Source: Longimicrobiales bacterium (GTDB taxonomy: Bacteria > Gemmatimonadota > Gemmatimonadetes > Longimicrobiales > Gaopeijiaceae). Taken from it: DNA of 64,000 nt. The position numbers and the translations under genes were made by a program. Where the stretch lies: positions 3,264,001 to 3,328,000 of the forward strand of contig OZ242008.1 in NCBI GenBank assembly GCA_965204735.1, given 5' to 3'. Below the pieces are notes generated by a model. That model made no database searches. It was not told the DNA's origin and saw nothing but the letters and a program-made list of their open reading frames with translations. Shown piece after piece: positions 7,992 to 20,525 of the stretch; within the stretch, counting starts at the first letter, position 1; each line of letters begins with the position of its first letter.

Positions 7992-9680
7992 TTGCACGAC
8001 CTGCTCGCGGCTCTCGCTGCGCCGGTTCGTTCCATGCCCCTGGAGCTGCTGCGCGTCTGGACCGCCGCGGTCGTGTTCGTCTACTTCCTCCAGGCGTACC
8101 GCCACGCAGGCGAGTTCACCGACCCGGAGGGGCTGATCGACCACCGCCTCTGCGCCAAGCTCCTTCCCGCCACCCGCTGGAGCCTCTTCCAGCCGTGGAT
8201 GCCCCGACGGTTCTTCCGCGCCGTCTACCTGTGCGCCTGCGCCGCGGCGGTTCTCGTGGCGCTGGGGGTGCACCCGCGAGCCTTCGCGCTCGTTCTCTTC
8301 GCCGCCGCCGTCTCCACCTACCGCTGGAACGCCTTGGTCGCCTACCTGGACGACTGCATCGTCCACGTCTTCTGCCTCTGGCTCGTGCTGCTGCCCGTCG
8401 GCCACGCCCCGGCCGCGGGCTCCGACGCCGGCGCGCTTACAGCGACCGTTCCCGGCGCCGCGCCTCGCGCCTTCATGGCGAACATGGCGCTGGTCTACCT
8501 GGTGGCGGGCGCGTACAAGTTCACCAGCCCCATGTGGAGGAACGGCACGGCGACCCACGCCGCCCTCAAGACGCCCGTCTCGCGCGCTCCCGGCTTCTGG
8601 ACGCTTCGCCACCGCTCCGTGCTGCGAGCAGCCAACTACGCCGCCCTGCTCCTGGAGCCGCTCTTCGGACTGGTGTTCGTGCTGCCGCCGGGCTCCCCGG
8701 CCAAGTGGTTCCTGGGCGCGTGCGCGGCGTTCTTTCACTTGGGCATCGTCGCAACGCTCAAGATCCCCTACGCCAACCTTCTCATGCTCGGCGGCCTCGT
8801 CACCGCCTTCGGACCGGAGATCGCCCACGCGGCCTCACCCCAGGTCGTACGGGAGACCGCCCACGCGGCCTCACCCCAAGTCGGGCCAGAGACCGCCCGC
8901 CCCGCCTCGCCCAGCTTCGGACCGGAAGCAGGCCCGGCGACGACCGGCCCGGCCGGCCCGCTCGATCCCCTGGACCCTTCCGCAATCGCCGCCCTCCTCC
9001 TGGTGAGCGCGCTGGCGGCGATGTTCGCCTGGGAGGCCGCGGGCAAGCGGCATCCCATATCCCGGCCCTACTCGGCCCCCGGCCGGCCCTTCGCCTCGGC
9101 CCGCAGCCGACGAGACCGCTTGCTGGCAGGCTGGGCAAACCCCCTCCGCTTCGTCCTGTGGTTGGCGGGAGTCTTTCAGAGCTACCGCCTCTTCGACTGG
9201 GTCGACTCCCGCAACTACCACGTTCGCTACGAACTCCGGCGCCCGGCGCGCGGCTCGACGCAGGGCCAAGCCCTCGACGCCGGCTTGCTGTTCCCCGACG
9301 CGATGCGCCACCTGCTGCTCCAGTCCTACCTGCTGGGCAACGTTTGGCTGCAGATGAGCCCCGAGGCGTTGGCGGCCGTGAGGAGAGCGATCTTGTCCCG
9401 CTACGCCGCCCGCTACGCCCGCTTCCACCCGAACGCGGGCACGCTTGAGGCGTGGGCGATCGTTCAGCGGGTCACGTCGGACAACCTCGACCTGGCCCGA
9501 GGCGAGCGGCGCTTCCTGATGCGCTTCAGCTGCCGCCACGGCGTCGCGGCGATCGACGACCTGGGCACGGCGGCAGGCGACCCCGCATCGCTCCGCGGCC
9601 GCGACGGTCCCGAAGCCCCCGACGGCGATCCTGCGCGCTCCGGCGCTGACCGAACGCTCCCCGCCCCCACCGCGACCTGA
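7992..9680 (+). CDS. HTTM-domain (vitamin K-dependent carboxylase/SdpB-like) membrane protein
   Basis: Multiple TM segments; VYLVAGAYKF..PMWRNGTA, LLLEP and FHLGI motifs; C-terminal GVFQSYRLF domain. TTG start uncertain. Confidence 0.7.
   Translation: MHDLLAALAAPVRSMPLELLRVWTAAVVFVYFLQAYRHAGEFTDPEGLIDHRLCAKLLPATRWSLFQPWMPRRFFRAVYLCACAAAVLVALGVHPRAFALVLFAAAVSTYRWNALVAYLDDCIVHVFCLWLVLLPVGHAPAAGSDAGALTATVPGAAPRAFMANMALVYLVAGAYKFTSPMWRNGTATHAALKTPVSRAPGFWTLRHRSVLRAANYAALLLEPLFGLVFVLPPGSPAKWFLGACAAFFHLGIVATLKIPYANLLMLGGLVTAFGPEIAHAASPQVVRETAHAASPQVGPETARPASPSFGPEAGPATTGPAGPLDPLDPSAIAALLLVSALAAMFAWEAAGKRHPISRPYSAPGRPFASARSRRDRLLAGWANPLRFVLWLAGVFQSYRLFDWVDSRNYHVRYELRRPARGSTQGQALDAGLLFPDAMRHLLLQSYLLGNVWLQMSPEALAAVRRAILSRYAARYARFHPNAGTLEAWAIVQRVTSDNLDLARGERRFLMRFSCRHGVAAIDDLGTAAGDPASLRGRDGPEAPDGDPARSGADRTLPAPTAT
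8810..8930. repeat. In-frame 36-bp (12-aa) tandem repeat, ~3 units
   Basis: GPEIAHAASPQV/VRETAHAASPQV/GPETARPASPSF; gcccacgcggcctcacccca at 8823 and 8859. Confidence 0.85.
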
Positions 9681-9696
9681 GGCGCGCCGAAACGAG

Positions 9697-11745
9697 ATGT
9701 GCGGCATCGTGGCGGTGCGCTCCTGGGGCGACCCGGTTGCCAAAGGCGCGCTGGTTCGCGCCACCGACTCGCTGCGGCACCGGGGTCCCGACGGCCGGCG
9801 CACCTGGGTCTCGCCCTCCGGCCGCGCGGGCCTCGGCCACGCCCGCCTGGCGATCAACGACCCCGAGGGCGCGCAACCCATCGCCAGCGAAGACGGACGC
9901 TTGCTCATCGCCGCCAACGGCGAGTTCTACGACTTCAGGCGCGAGCGCAGGCGCCTTCGGTCCGCCGGGCACCGCTTCCGCACCCGCTCCGACACGGAAG
10001 TCGCCCTGCACCTGTACGAAGACGCCGGAAGCGAGTGCCTGCACCACCTTCGCGGCCAGTTCGCCTTCGCCGTCTGGAACGAACGCTCCGGCGTCCTCTT
10101 CGCCGCCCGGGACCGCTTCGGCCTCAAGCCGCTCTTCTACAGCGAGCACCGGGGCGCGATCTACTTGGCGTCGGAAGCAAAGGCCCTCTTCGCGGCGGGC
10201 GTTCCGGCAGCGTGGGACCTGCACGCGGCCTACCAAGCGCTTCACGCGTGCCCCGACGAGCGGCGCTCCCTCTTTGCCGGAGTGGCCCAGCTTCCGCCGG
10301 GACACTTTCTGACGGCATCGGACGCGGGCATCCGGATCGAGCGCTGGTGGGACCTGCCCCCTTCGCCCCGGCCCCCGCCCCGCACCCGGCCGCGCGCCGG
10401 ACCGCGGCCCGCCGGCGACCGGTCTTGGACGCCGCGCCCGTCCACCCGCGGCCACGACGCCTCCGAGCAGGAACTCCGTCGGCAGGAAGCCGGCGACGCG
10501 GCCGTGCTCGCCGAGAAGGCCGACGAAGTGCGCCGCCTCTTCCTGGAATCCGTTCGCCTCCGCCTGGACGCCGACGTTCCCTTGGGGTGCCTCCTCAGCG
10601 GCGGCCTGGACTCGTCGGCGGTCCTGGGCGCTGCCGCTTCGCACGCGAGCGAGCCTCCGACCGCGTTCACCGTCGGCTTCGAGCGACGCAGCTACGACGA
10701 GAGCGACGCGGCGCGACGGACGGCAAGGGTCGTGGGAGCAAGACACGTCGTGGCGACTCTCCGGGACCGGGAGTTGGCCGACCACTTCGCGGACGCGGTC
10801 TGGCACGCCGAGACGATCCAGTACAACGCCCACGGCGTGGCGCGGTTCCTGCTGGGCCGGGCCGTGCGCGACGCCGGCTTCCGAGCCGTTCTGGCCGGAG
10901 AGGGCGCCGACGAAGCCTTCTTCGGCTACGAGTTCCTGAGGGCCGCGGCGGGCACGAGCGCGGGGACGGGTCGAGGCACCGCGGCCGAGTCCCGTCTCGC
11001 GGCCCGGGCCGTCAGGGCGCTCCGCCTGCTGCCCCGCCTCCTCCGCTCCCCGTCCCGCCGGCACCCCGCGCTTGCCGCCGTCTCCCCGTGGGTCGCCCGC
11101 CTCGCCGTGCTCCTCGACGCGCCCCCTGCTCTCTTCGACAGGCTGACGCGGGGCCTCGGCCACCTTCGGTCGATCTCCGCCCCCGCCTTCCTGCGGCGCT
11201 TCCGCGGCTACGACCCGTACCGCGCCTTCTACCGCCGCTGCAACGCCGCCGCCGGCCTGCGGAAGCGCGAGCCGGCGCGCCAGCTTCTCTACCTCTGGCT
11301 CCACTCGCTCTTCGTCAACTACCACCTCGCCGCCGACCGCCTCGACATGGCGCACGGCGTCGAGGTTCGCCTTCCGTTTCTGGACCACCACCTCTTCGAG
11401 CACGTCAACGCGCTCCCCCTTCCGCTCCTGGCCGCCACCCGCCCCGAGAAGCTGCTCCTGCGAACCGCGGCCCGCCCCTTCGTCCCCGAAGCGGTCCACG
11501 CGCGAGCCAAGCGCCCCTTCTGGGCGCCCCCGTCGGCCAGCATCTGCGCCAACCCCCTCCACGACCTGGTCCAGGACCTCATTCGGGGGCACGCGACGCA
11601 CTCGCTTCCGTTCTTCGACCACGCGGCGGCGCTGCGCTTCCTGGACGGCCTTCCCGCCCTTCCCGAAGCCGACCGCCCCGCAGCCGACTCCCTCCTCCTC
11701 ATGCTCGCCTCCGCGGCGGTCCTTCAGGAACGCTACCGGCCGTAG
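9697..11745 (+). CDS. asnB: Asparagine synthase-like glutamine amidotransferase (2)
   Basis: MCGI, HRGPDG, HARLAI, NGEFYD, ARDRFGLKPL, LSGGLDSS, GEGADE and DRLDMAHGVEVRLPFLD motifs. Confidence 0.9.
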   Translation: MCGIVAVRSWGDPVAKGALVRATDSLRHRGPDGRRTWVSPSGRAGLGHARLAINDPEGAQPIASEDGRLLIAANGEFYDFRRERRRLRSAGHRFRTRSDTEVALHLYEDAGSECLHHLRGQFAFAVWNERSGVLFAARDRFGLKPLFYSEHRGAIYLASEAKALFAAGVPAAWDLHAAYQALHACPDERRSLFAGVAQLPPGHFLTASDAGIRIERWWDLPPSPRPPPRTRPRAGPRPAGDRSWTPRPSTRGHDASEQELRRQEAGDAAVLAEKADEVRRLFLESVRLRLDADVPLGCLLSGGLDSSAVLGAAASHASEPPTAFTVGFERRSYDESDAARRTARVVGARHVVATLRDRELADHFADAVWHAETIQYNAHGVARFLLGRAVRDAGFRAVLAGEGADEAFFGYEFLRAAAGTSAGTGRGTAAESRLAARAVRALRLLPRLLRSPSRRHPALAAVSPWVARLAVLLDAPPALFDRLTRGLGHLRSISAPAFLRRFRGYDPYRAFYRRCNAAAGLRKREPARQLLYLWLHSLFVNYHLAADRLDMAHGVEVRLPFLDHHLFEHVNALPLPLLAATRPEKLLLRTAARPFVPEAVHARAKRPFWAPPSASICANPLHDLVQDLIRGHATHSLPFFDHAAALRFLDGLPALPEADRPAADSLLLMLASAAVLQERYRP

Positions 11746-13022
11746 TCCCCTCCGCTACCTTCCACCATGCCCAGCGCCCCCTCGCCCCGCTGACCGCCGG
11801 ATGGAGAGCTTCGTCGGCGCAGCGTTGATCTTCGGAGCGCTGGCGGCGGCGGCGCGGATCGCTGCTGCCGCCCGCGATCCGATCCACCCGCTGGCCGTAT
11901 TCACGGTCTCATGGATCGGGGTCTTCGGCTTTGCGCACCTGCGGCTGTCCGAGACGTACGACGAGCCCTACTACGCCGACCCCTTCGGGCTCCAGACGTA
12001 CGTCGTCGTGTTCTTGGCCCTGGCGTCCTTCGCCGGCGGCTTCGTCCTGGCGGCGAAACGCCTCGCGCCGCCGGAACGCGCCACGACCCGCAGGCGGCTG
12101 CACGAGCTGGCCGAGCTGCCGACCCTGGCGTGGGCGGCGCTGGCAGTGTACGCAGTGGCGACGCTGGCCACGTGGTGGCTCGTGCGCGTCGCCGGCGAAG
12201 TGCCCCTCTTCTCGCCCTCCGTCAACACGCTCCGGCAGACCTTCCAGCTCCCCTACGTGGGATACTTGTACAACCTGCACATCCTTGCGGCCACCCTTTG
12301 CTTGATGCTGGCGCTGAAGTCGAAGCCGCCTGCACGGCGGGCCTTGTGGTTGACGCTCGCCGGCTCTTCCGTCGTGATGCTGATGTTCGGAGGCGTGCGG
12401 GTCACCGCCTTGGCCGCCCTTGCCTGGGGAGGCGTGTACGTCGCCTACGCGCTTTCGCGCCGACGCCGGCGCACCGCCGCGCTGGTGGCCGTTCTGGGGC
12501 TCGCGATCTTCGTGGCCGTCGAGGCCGCTCGGCGTCGAGAGTTCCGGGAAGCGCCGGAGCTGCAGAACCCCAGGGTCGACACGGGCGTCCTGGCCACCGC
12601 CTGGGCGCACACGGGCGCCAGCTTCAAGAACCTTCAGCTGACCCTGGACCGGCACACGCCCCTCACGATGGGGCTGAACAGCTTCGACCTGCTCCGAACG
12701 CTCATTCCGGAAGCCCGGAACGTGGGCGACGAGCTCAGCTACCTCTACGGAACCCACAACACGCCCACGTTCCTGGGGTTCCTCTACTTCGACTTCGGCT
12801 TTGCCGGCGTGCTCTTCATGCCCGGCATCTACGGCGCCCTCGCCGCGTTCGCCTACAATCGGTTCCTAAGGCACGGCAACCTCTTCTGGCTCGTCGTGCA
12901 CATCGACTTCTTCCTGGCCGTCCTGCTTTCGTTCCGCACGCACCGCTTCCTGGGCAACAACTTGATCTTCTTCGCGGGGACCGCCTGGGCCGTCCAGCTT
13001 CTCCTCGACAGCCGCCGGTCGC

Positions 13023-14942
<1,920 letters not shown>

Positions 14943-14983
14943 GGTCCGTCTCCGGTCGTCGCGTCCGACTGGTCCGTGCCCGG

Positions 14984-16072
14984 TTGAGCCCGCTGCTGCT
15001 CGCCGGTAGCTTCCACGACGTGCCAACCAAGCCTTCGCTGCTGGTGGTCGCCGCCGGCACAAGAGATGCGGCCAGCACCCGGCACCGCCTGTGGAACTAC
15101 CGCGACGCTCTGGAGCGGGACTTCGCGCCCCTGCGCTGGGTCGAGTACGGAGGGCCGGAGGGATGGTCGCCGGCCGCCGTCCGCAAGCGCGTCGCGTGCG
15201 TGGCAGCGGCGTGGCAGGGCGCATCGTCGTCGGACGTCGTGCTGATTCAGAAGCTTCTCTTCCCCGGCGCCGTGGTCCACGCGTGGAAATCGATGGGGAC
15301 GCGCATCGTCTACGACCTGGACGACGCCCTCTACGCGTCCGCGCCCCGCGGCGAAGCTCCCTCGACGGTCGCCGCCCGTCGCCGCCGGCTGGACGACACG
15401 CTGGGAGCGGCCGACCAAGTGATCGTCGGCTCCGAGCCGCTGCGGCGGTACGCTTCCCAGCGCAACTCCAACGTCGCCGTGCTCTACCCCAGCTTGGACC
15501 CTCGCCGGTTCACGGACTTTCCCCGCCCCGCGCGCGCCGCCTCCGGAGGGTTTCGCGTCGGGTGGATCGGCCACGACCGCAACCTGCACTACCTGGCCCC
15601 CCTGGCCGGCGCCCTGGCGTCGGTGGCCGAAGAGGTGCCGGGCTTCGAGCTCGTCGTGTGCAGCGGCAAGGCGCCCAGCCTCGGCCCTCTGCCTCCCGAC
15701 CGGGTCGTCTTCGTCCCCTGGTCGGAGGAGAACGAGCTGCGGGCGCTGGCCTCGATCGACGCCGCCGTGTCGCCGATGGGACGGGACGCATGGAGCCAGG
15801 GCCGCGGAGGCCGGGTCTCGGTGCTCAACAGCATGGCGGCGGCCCTGCCCGTGGTGCTGGAGAAGGGCGGAGGAGCAGAGGACTTGGTCCGGGACGGCGA
15901 GAGCGCCCTCTTCGCCGATTCGCCTTCCGCCTTTCGCGCCCACTTGCTCGCCCTCGCCAAGGACCCCGCCTACGGGAGGAAGGTCGGCGCCGCCGCTCGG
16001 GCCGTGGTGGAGGAGCGGGTCTGGAGCCACGTCCAGTACCCTCGCCTGCGGGCGGCCGTCGCCGGGAAGTGA
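14984..16072 (+). CDS. Glycosyltransferase family 4
   Basis: ASTRHR, YDLDDALY, VGWIG, VPWSEENE and SMAAALPVV motifs; start uncertain. Confidence 0.75.
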   Translation: MSPLLLAGSFHDVPTKPSLLVVAAGTRDAASTRHRLWNYRDALERDFAPLRWVEYGGPEGWSPAAVRKRVACVAAAWQGASSSDVVLIQKLLFPGAVVHAWKSMGTRIVYDLDDALYASAPRGEAPSTVAARRRRLDDTLGAADQVIVGSEPLRRYASQRNSNVAVLYPSLDPRRFTDFPRPARAASGGFRVGWIGHDRNLHYLAPLAGALASVAEEVPGFELVVCSGKAPSLGPLPPDRVVFVPWSEENELRALASIDAAVSPMGRDAWSQGRGGRVSVLNSMAAALPVVLEKGGGAEDLVRDGESALFADSPSAFRAHLLALAKDPAYGRKVGAAARAVVEERVWSHVQYPRLRAAVAGK

Positions 16073-16104
16073 CCCCGGGCGCCCAGGACGCCGGCCGCGC
16101 AGCG

Positions 16105-16126
16105 CTGGCGCTCGCCGGAGCGCCGG
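16105..16126. terminator. GC-rich hairpin between convergent genes
   Basis: ggcgctc-gccg-gagcgcc stem-loop; no U-tract. Confidence 0.3.
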
Positions 16127-16145
16127 CCCGGCGGCGGGAGCGTCG

Positions 16146-18518
16146 TCAGGCGTCCGCCGCCGTCTTGTAGTATCGCCGGTAGTATCCGTAGTCGCCGTCG
16201 CCGTAGTACCGCCCACGCCTGCTGGAATCCACGTCGTTGAGCACGACCCCGGCCAGGGGGGCGCCCACGGCCTCCAGCTGTCCACGGGCGAAGGCCAGGG
16301 CGCCCTGCAGGGTGATCCCCGCCCGGGCCACGAGGATGACGCCGTCGGCGAGGGTGCCCAGGATCGCCGCGTCGGTCACCAGGTTGAGGGGCGGGGAGTC
16401 GAAGAGGACGATCTTGTACTGGCCCCGCAGCGCTTCCACAAGCGACGCCATGTGCCCCGAGCCCAGCAGCTCCGAAGGGTTGGGGGGCAGCGTGCCCGTG
16501 GGCAGGTAGTGGAGGGTCTTGCCCTCCGGCACTTCCGCTTCCCGAACGGCCTCGGCCAGCTCCACGTCGCCCTTGAGCACGTTGGTGAGCCCCGGCTCCG
16601 CGCTCCCGCCGAACATCCGGTGGATCACCCCCCGTCGAAGGTCGGCGTCCACCAGGAGCGCTTCGGCGCCCTGCTGCGCCAGCGTCGCGGCCAAGTTGCC
16701 CGTGCACGTGGACTTGCCCTCGGACGGCCCTGGACTGGTCACCAGCACCGTCTGCAGCGGGCTGTCCACGTTCAGGAAGGTGATGTTGGTCCGAAACGCC
16801 CGGTAGGCCTCCGAGACCAGCGAACCCCGGAGCGCCGCGTTCCCGGCCACCAGCGGTCGCTCCCCGGCGACGGCCTTCCGCCCGTTGGACTTGATCCCCG
16901 CAATCCGCGGGATCATCGCCAGCACCGGCGCGCCGGCCAGCCGGCCCAGCTCCTGCCGCGAGCGGATCCGCTCGTCCATGTGGTCCCGGGCGGCCGCCAA
17001 TCCCGTCCCCGCCACGAAGCCGAAGAAGAGCGCCAGCGCCAGTCCGCGCACCTTTCGGGGACGGATCGGACGGGTCGGCTCGATCGCCGGGTCCACGACC
17101 CGCACGTCGCCCGAGCGCACCGCCTGGGCGACCCTGGCCTGCTGGAGGCGGGACTGAAGGGTGGCGTATATCTCCGACAGGGTCTCCACCTGCCGCTCCA
17201 GGCGGCCCAGCTGCACGGTGTTGACGGGTATCCGCTCCAGCTGCAGGCCGAACTGGGCGAGCTGGTCGTCCGCCGACTCGACTTGAGCCCGCAAGTTCTC
17301 CCCGTAGTTCACCGCGAGCTGGTAGAGCTCGCCTTCCAGCTGAGCGATCTGCGCGTCCATCGCCACCACTTCGGGGTGGGCCGGCGTGCGCAGCTCCAGC
17401 TGGGCGGTGCGGTCGGTCTCGATCCGATTGAGTTCCGACAGCAACCCGGTGACGGCTTGGTTCTCGAGGAACGTGGCAAAGGCCGCCAGCCCCCGGTAGG
17501 GCGACCTCTCCTCGGCTCCCCGGCGGGTCGCGGCCCCTTGCTCCTCGATGGCGCCCAGCACTGCGGTCAGCGACGCCAGCTCGCCCTCGAGCCTGCGCTT
17601 CTCGGCCTGCGCGTCGGCGCGCAACCGCACTTGCGCCGCCCCTTCCGCCGCCAAGTCCACGACCTGCTCGCCCTGCTGAAACTTGAGCCGAGCCTCTTCC
17701 GCCCGGAGCAAGCTGTCGCCGTGCTCCCGTATCTGCCGTTCGAGGAAGGCCACGGTGGAGTCGGCCTCCAGTCGCTTGGCCTGGTTGCGCCTCTCCAGGT
17801 AGAGCGAAGCGACCAGGTTCGGAACCCTTGCCACCAGCGCCCGGTCCGTCCCCCGGTACGACACGGACATCACCGCCGCCTCGCGGATGGGTCGCGCGAC
17901 GGCCAGCTCCTCCACCAAGGATTCGACGGCTTCCCGCGCCCCCAGCGTCCTGATCCTGAACTCCTTCGGCAGCTCCCCGTCCGCCAGGACGATGCGGGCG
18001 CCGTTGAAGACCATCGCCTCTCCCTGGGCGATCCGGCCGACCTCGCGCCCCTCGGAGTCGACGATCACATAGGGCGCCCCGGCCTCCTCGCCGTCGCGGC
18101 GAAAGTCGTAGCGCTCGGCGACCGTGGCCCGTCCGGCGCTGACCTGCGAGAACACGTCGTCCCGCCCCGAGTCGGACGGCTTCTCGAAGACGATCTGCAG
18201 GGCCAGGGAGTCGACGGCGGCTTCGGCCAAGCTGCGGGCGCCCAGCAGCGCCATCTCCGTGTCCACATCGCCGGCTCGAAGCATCTCGGCGATGAACGCG
18301 AACTCCTGGGTGATCGGTCGGCTGGCGTCGACGTGGATCGTGGCCGCGGCCTCGTACACGGGGCGCACCGTCCACACGTAGTAGGCCGTCGCGCCGCCGG
18401 AGAGCGCCGTGCACGCCAGGATGATCCGCATGTTCCGGCGGAGGAGGTTCACCAAGTCCCTGAACGGCGAATCCTTTGGAGGCGCTTCCGACCGGGGCAC
18501 TCTGCCGTTTCGTTCCAT
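16146..18518 (-). CDS. wzc: Polysaccharide co-polymerase / BY-kinase (Wzc)
   Basis: Two TM helices, coiled coil, EAYRAFRTNI, Walker A SPGPSEGKST, VDADLRR, DSPP, and Tyr cluster RYYGDGDYGYYRRYY. Alternative start at 18542. Confidence 0.92.
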   Translation of the reverse strand: MERNGRVPRSEAPPKDSPFRDLVNLLRRNMRIILACTALSGGATAYYVWTVRPVYEAAATIHVDASRPITQEFAFIAEMLRAGDVDTEMALLGARSLAEAAVDSLALQIVFEKPSDSGRDDVFSQVSAGRATVAERYDFRRDGEEAGAPYVIVDSEGREVGRIAQGEAMVFNGARIVLADGELPKEFRIRTLGAREAVESLVEELAVARPIREAAVMSVSYRGTDRALVARVPNLVASLYLERRNQAKRLEADSTVAFLERQIREHGDSLLRAEEARLKFQQGEQVVDLAAEGAAQVRLRADAQAEKRRLEGELASLTAVLGAIEEQGAATRRGAEERSPYRGLAAFATFLENQAVTGLLSELNRIETDRTAQLELRTPAHPEVVAMDAQIAQLEGELYQLAVNYGENLRAQVESADDQLAQFGLQLERIPVNTVQLGRLERQVETLSEIYATLQSRLQQARVAQAVRSGDVRVVDPAIEPTRPIRPRKVRGLALALFFGFVAGTGLAAARDHMDERIRSRQELGRLAGAPVLAMIPRIAGIKSNGRKAVAGERPLVAGNAALRGSLVSEAYRAFRTNITFLNVDSPLQTVLVTSPGPSEGKSTCTGNLAATLAQQGAEALLVDADLRRGVIHRMFGGSAEPGLTNVLKGDVELAEAVREAEVPEGKTLHYLPTGTLPPNPSELLGSGHMASLVEALRGQYKIVLFDSPPLNLVTDAAILGTLADGVILVARAGITLQGALAFARGQLEAVGAPLAGVVLNDVDSSRRGRYYGDGDYGYYRRYYKTAADA

Positions 18519-18525
18519 CGCGCCG

Positions 18526-19182
18526 TCAGTTCGCGTTCGCAATGAGGATTCCGACGATCACGTTGCTGATGATCGACACGATCCCCACCATCGACGGGAA
18601 GTTGCGCGACAGCCAGCCGCGCTGCCCCACGGAGACCCGGTCGCCGGAACGGATGCCGGCTTGGCCCACCACGGTGGCGCCGTTCAGGTCGAGCTCGAAG
18701 CGCTGGCCGTCCCTGAAGAGGCCGATCTTGTTGGCGTCCGCGTCCATGTTGAGTCCGCCCGCCTGGGCGATGAGGTCGGCGATGCTCACGGTGGCGTCGA
18801 CCGTGTACAGTCCCGGCACCCTCACTTCTCCGGAAACGGTGATCCGCCGCAGGAGCTTCACGTTGATCGACGGATTGTTCAGGAACTCCGCGTACGCCGC
18901 CGCCAAGTCGTCCCGGAGGTCCTGCGCCGATATGCCCAGCACCTGCTTGGCGCCGATCAAGGGCAGCACGACCCTGCCCGACTCGTCCACCGTGAACTGG
19001 CCCGAAAGCGTCTCCTCGCGCCAGATCTGGACGTCGATCACGTCTCCCGGCAGAAGCGACCCGGCCGAACCGACGGCCCGAGCATCTTCCGAGTCCTGGA
19101 GTTCGTTCACTTGGGCGACGGCGCCGCCCGGCGCCTCGAGGGCTGCAAGAGCAAGCGCGGCAACGGCAAGTCGCGTCTTCAC
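18526..19182 (-). CDS. wza: Polysaccharide export protein (Wza/OPX, SLBB domain)
   Basis: LLPGDVIDVQIW, VDESGRVVLPLIG, VSGEVRVPGLY and IAQAGG motifs; C-terminal hydrophobic helix. Confidence 0.85.
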   Translation of the reverse strand: MKTRLAVAALALAALEAPGGAVAQVNELQDSEDARAVGSAGSLLPGDVIDVQIWREETLSGQFTVDESGRVVLPLIGAKQVLGISAQDLRDDLAAAYAEFLNNPSINVKLLRRITVSGEVRVPGLYTVDATVSIADLIAQAGGLNMDADANKIGLFRDGQRFELDLNGATVVGQAGIRSGDRVSVGQRGWLSRNFPSMVGIVSIISNVIVGILIANAN

Positions 19183-19227
19183 GAGGTCCTTTGGCGGGCG
19201 TCCCGGCGGCGAGGCGACGAAGGTCGC

Positions 19228-19260
19228 GACGGGCTCCGAGGCTGAGACGGGCTCCGAGGC
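19228..19260. repeat. 15-bp direct repeat, period 18, in the divergent promoter region
   Basis: gacgggctccgaggc at 19228 and 19246. Confidence 0.6.
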
Positions 19261-19364
19261 CGAACAGGGAGGCCGGAGGCAACAGTGAGTATAGTACTTT
19301 CATGGCGTTCGGCGAAGTTGCGGGAAGCCGTCCGCCCGCCCACGACGAAGCTTCAAGAGCGCGC

Positions 19365-20525
19365 ATGAGGGTTCTCGTCAATTTCCTGCCCCTTCCGCCT
19401 TCCGCCGCCGGGGGCCTCCAGAACGCCGCCAACTTCTGGCGGGCCGTCGGGGCCTGGGGCGGACGCGACGAATGGCTTTGCGTGGCCCGCCCCGACCTGG
19501 GAATCGAGAAGCTTGCGACCCGACCTTGGCAAGACGCGAAGACCGCAAGCCCAGGCGGACTGGCCGACCGCTTGGCCTTGGAGAACCGCTGGCTGCCGGC
19601 CTTGGCCCGGAAGTGGCGCGCCGACGTCCTCTTCACCCCGGCCGGCGCCGGTCCCCTCGTCAGCCCAGCCCCCACCGTCGTCGGCTGGAACGACTCCACC
19701 GCGGCGTACCCGAACTCCCGGCTGGGCAAGCGCCTCTCGCGGCCTCGGCGGCTCCACGACCGGGCACGGCGCCTCTACTCCGCCTCGGTCGTCAAGCGAG
19801 CACGCCGAGTCTGCGTTCAGACCAGGGTCATGGCCGACCGGCTGTCGGCGCGCTGGAGGATTCCTCCCGCGCGCTTCCTGGTGGTGCCCAACGGCCCCTC
19901 CGCATTCCTCTCCGACGAAGCGCCCGCCCCCGAGAACGGGCGGGCCCGGCGGCCGTGGAAGGTCTTGGTCATCGGCGTGCCCAAGCCCCCGAAGAACTTC
20001 GCCGTCGTCCCGGAGACCGGAACGCGCCTCCGGGAGCTGGACGTGGGCCCGGGCCGCTTCGTCATGACGATCGGCTCCGACCACGAGCCTTGGCTGGGCT
20101 CGTTCCGCGAAGCCCTGGGCCGCTGGGGCGAAGCCTTCCCCATCGACCGGGTGGGCCGCGTGCCCCACTCGGAGCTCGGCCGGCTCTACCGGGACGCCGA
20201 CGCCGTCTTCCTGCCGTCGCTGCTGGAGTCCTTCTCCGCTTCCTACGTCGAGGCCATGCACTTCGGGGTGCCTCTCGTGACCAGCGGCTACGACTTTGCA
20301 AGGGAGATCTGCGGTCCCGCCGCCCACTACGTGGACCCCGCCGACCCGGCGGACTGCGCTCGAGGGCTGGCTCGGGTCCTCACCGACCCGGCCCGGCGCC
20401 GAGCCCTGCGCGAGGCGGGCTTCCGCCGCCTCCAAGACTTCCCCACGTGGGAAGAGCGCTTTCGGCTCTATCGGAAGGCGTGCGCCTCGGCCGTTCCGTC
20501 GGCGGACGGCCGCCGCCGTCCGTGA
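19365..20525 (+). CDS. Glycosyltransferase family 4
   Basis: MRVLVN start; VVPNG, KNF, LYRDAD and PSLLESFSASYVEAM motifs. Confidence 0.85.
   Translation: MRVLVNFLPLPPSAAGGLQNAANFWRAVGAWGGRDEWLCVARPDLGIEKLATRPWQDAKTASPGGLADRLALENRWLPALARKWRADVLFTPAGAGPLVSPAPTVVGWNDSTAAYPNSRLGKRLSRPRRLHDRARRLYSASVVKRARRVCVQTRVMADRLSARWRIPPARFLVVPNGPSAFLSDEAPAPENGRARRPWKVLVIGVPKPPKNFAVVPETGTRLRELDVGPGRFVMTIGSDHEPWLGSFREALGRWGEAFPIDRVGRVPHSELGRLYRDADAVFLPSLLESFSASYVEAMHFGVPLVTSGYDFAREICGPAAHYVDPADPADCARGLARVLTDPARRRALREAGFRRLQDFPTWEERFRLYRKACASAVPSADGRRRP

Noticed and set aside
9697..11745. AsnB homologues as lasso-peptide cyclases
   Set aside because: All keep an intact N-terminal glutaminase domain with Cys2, and no B1/B2 proteins or precursor were seen.
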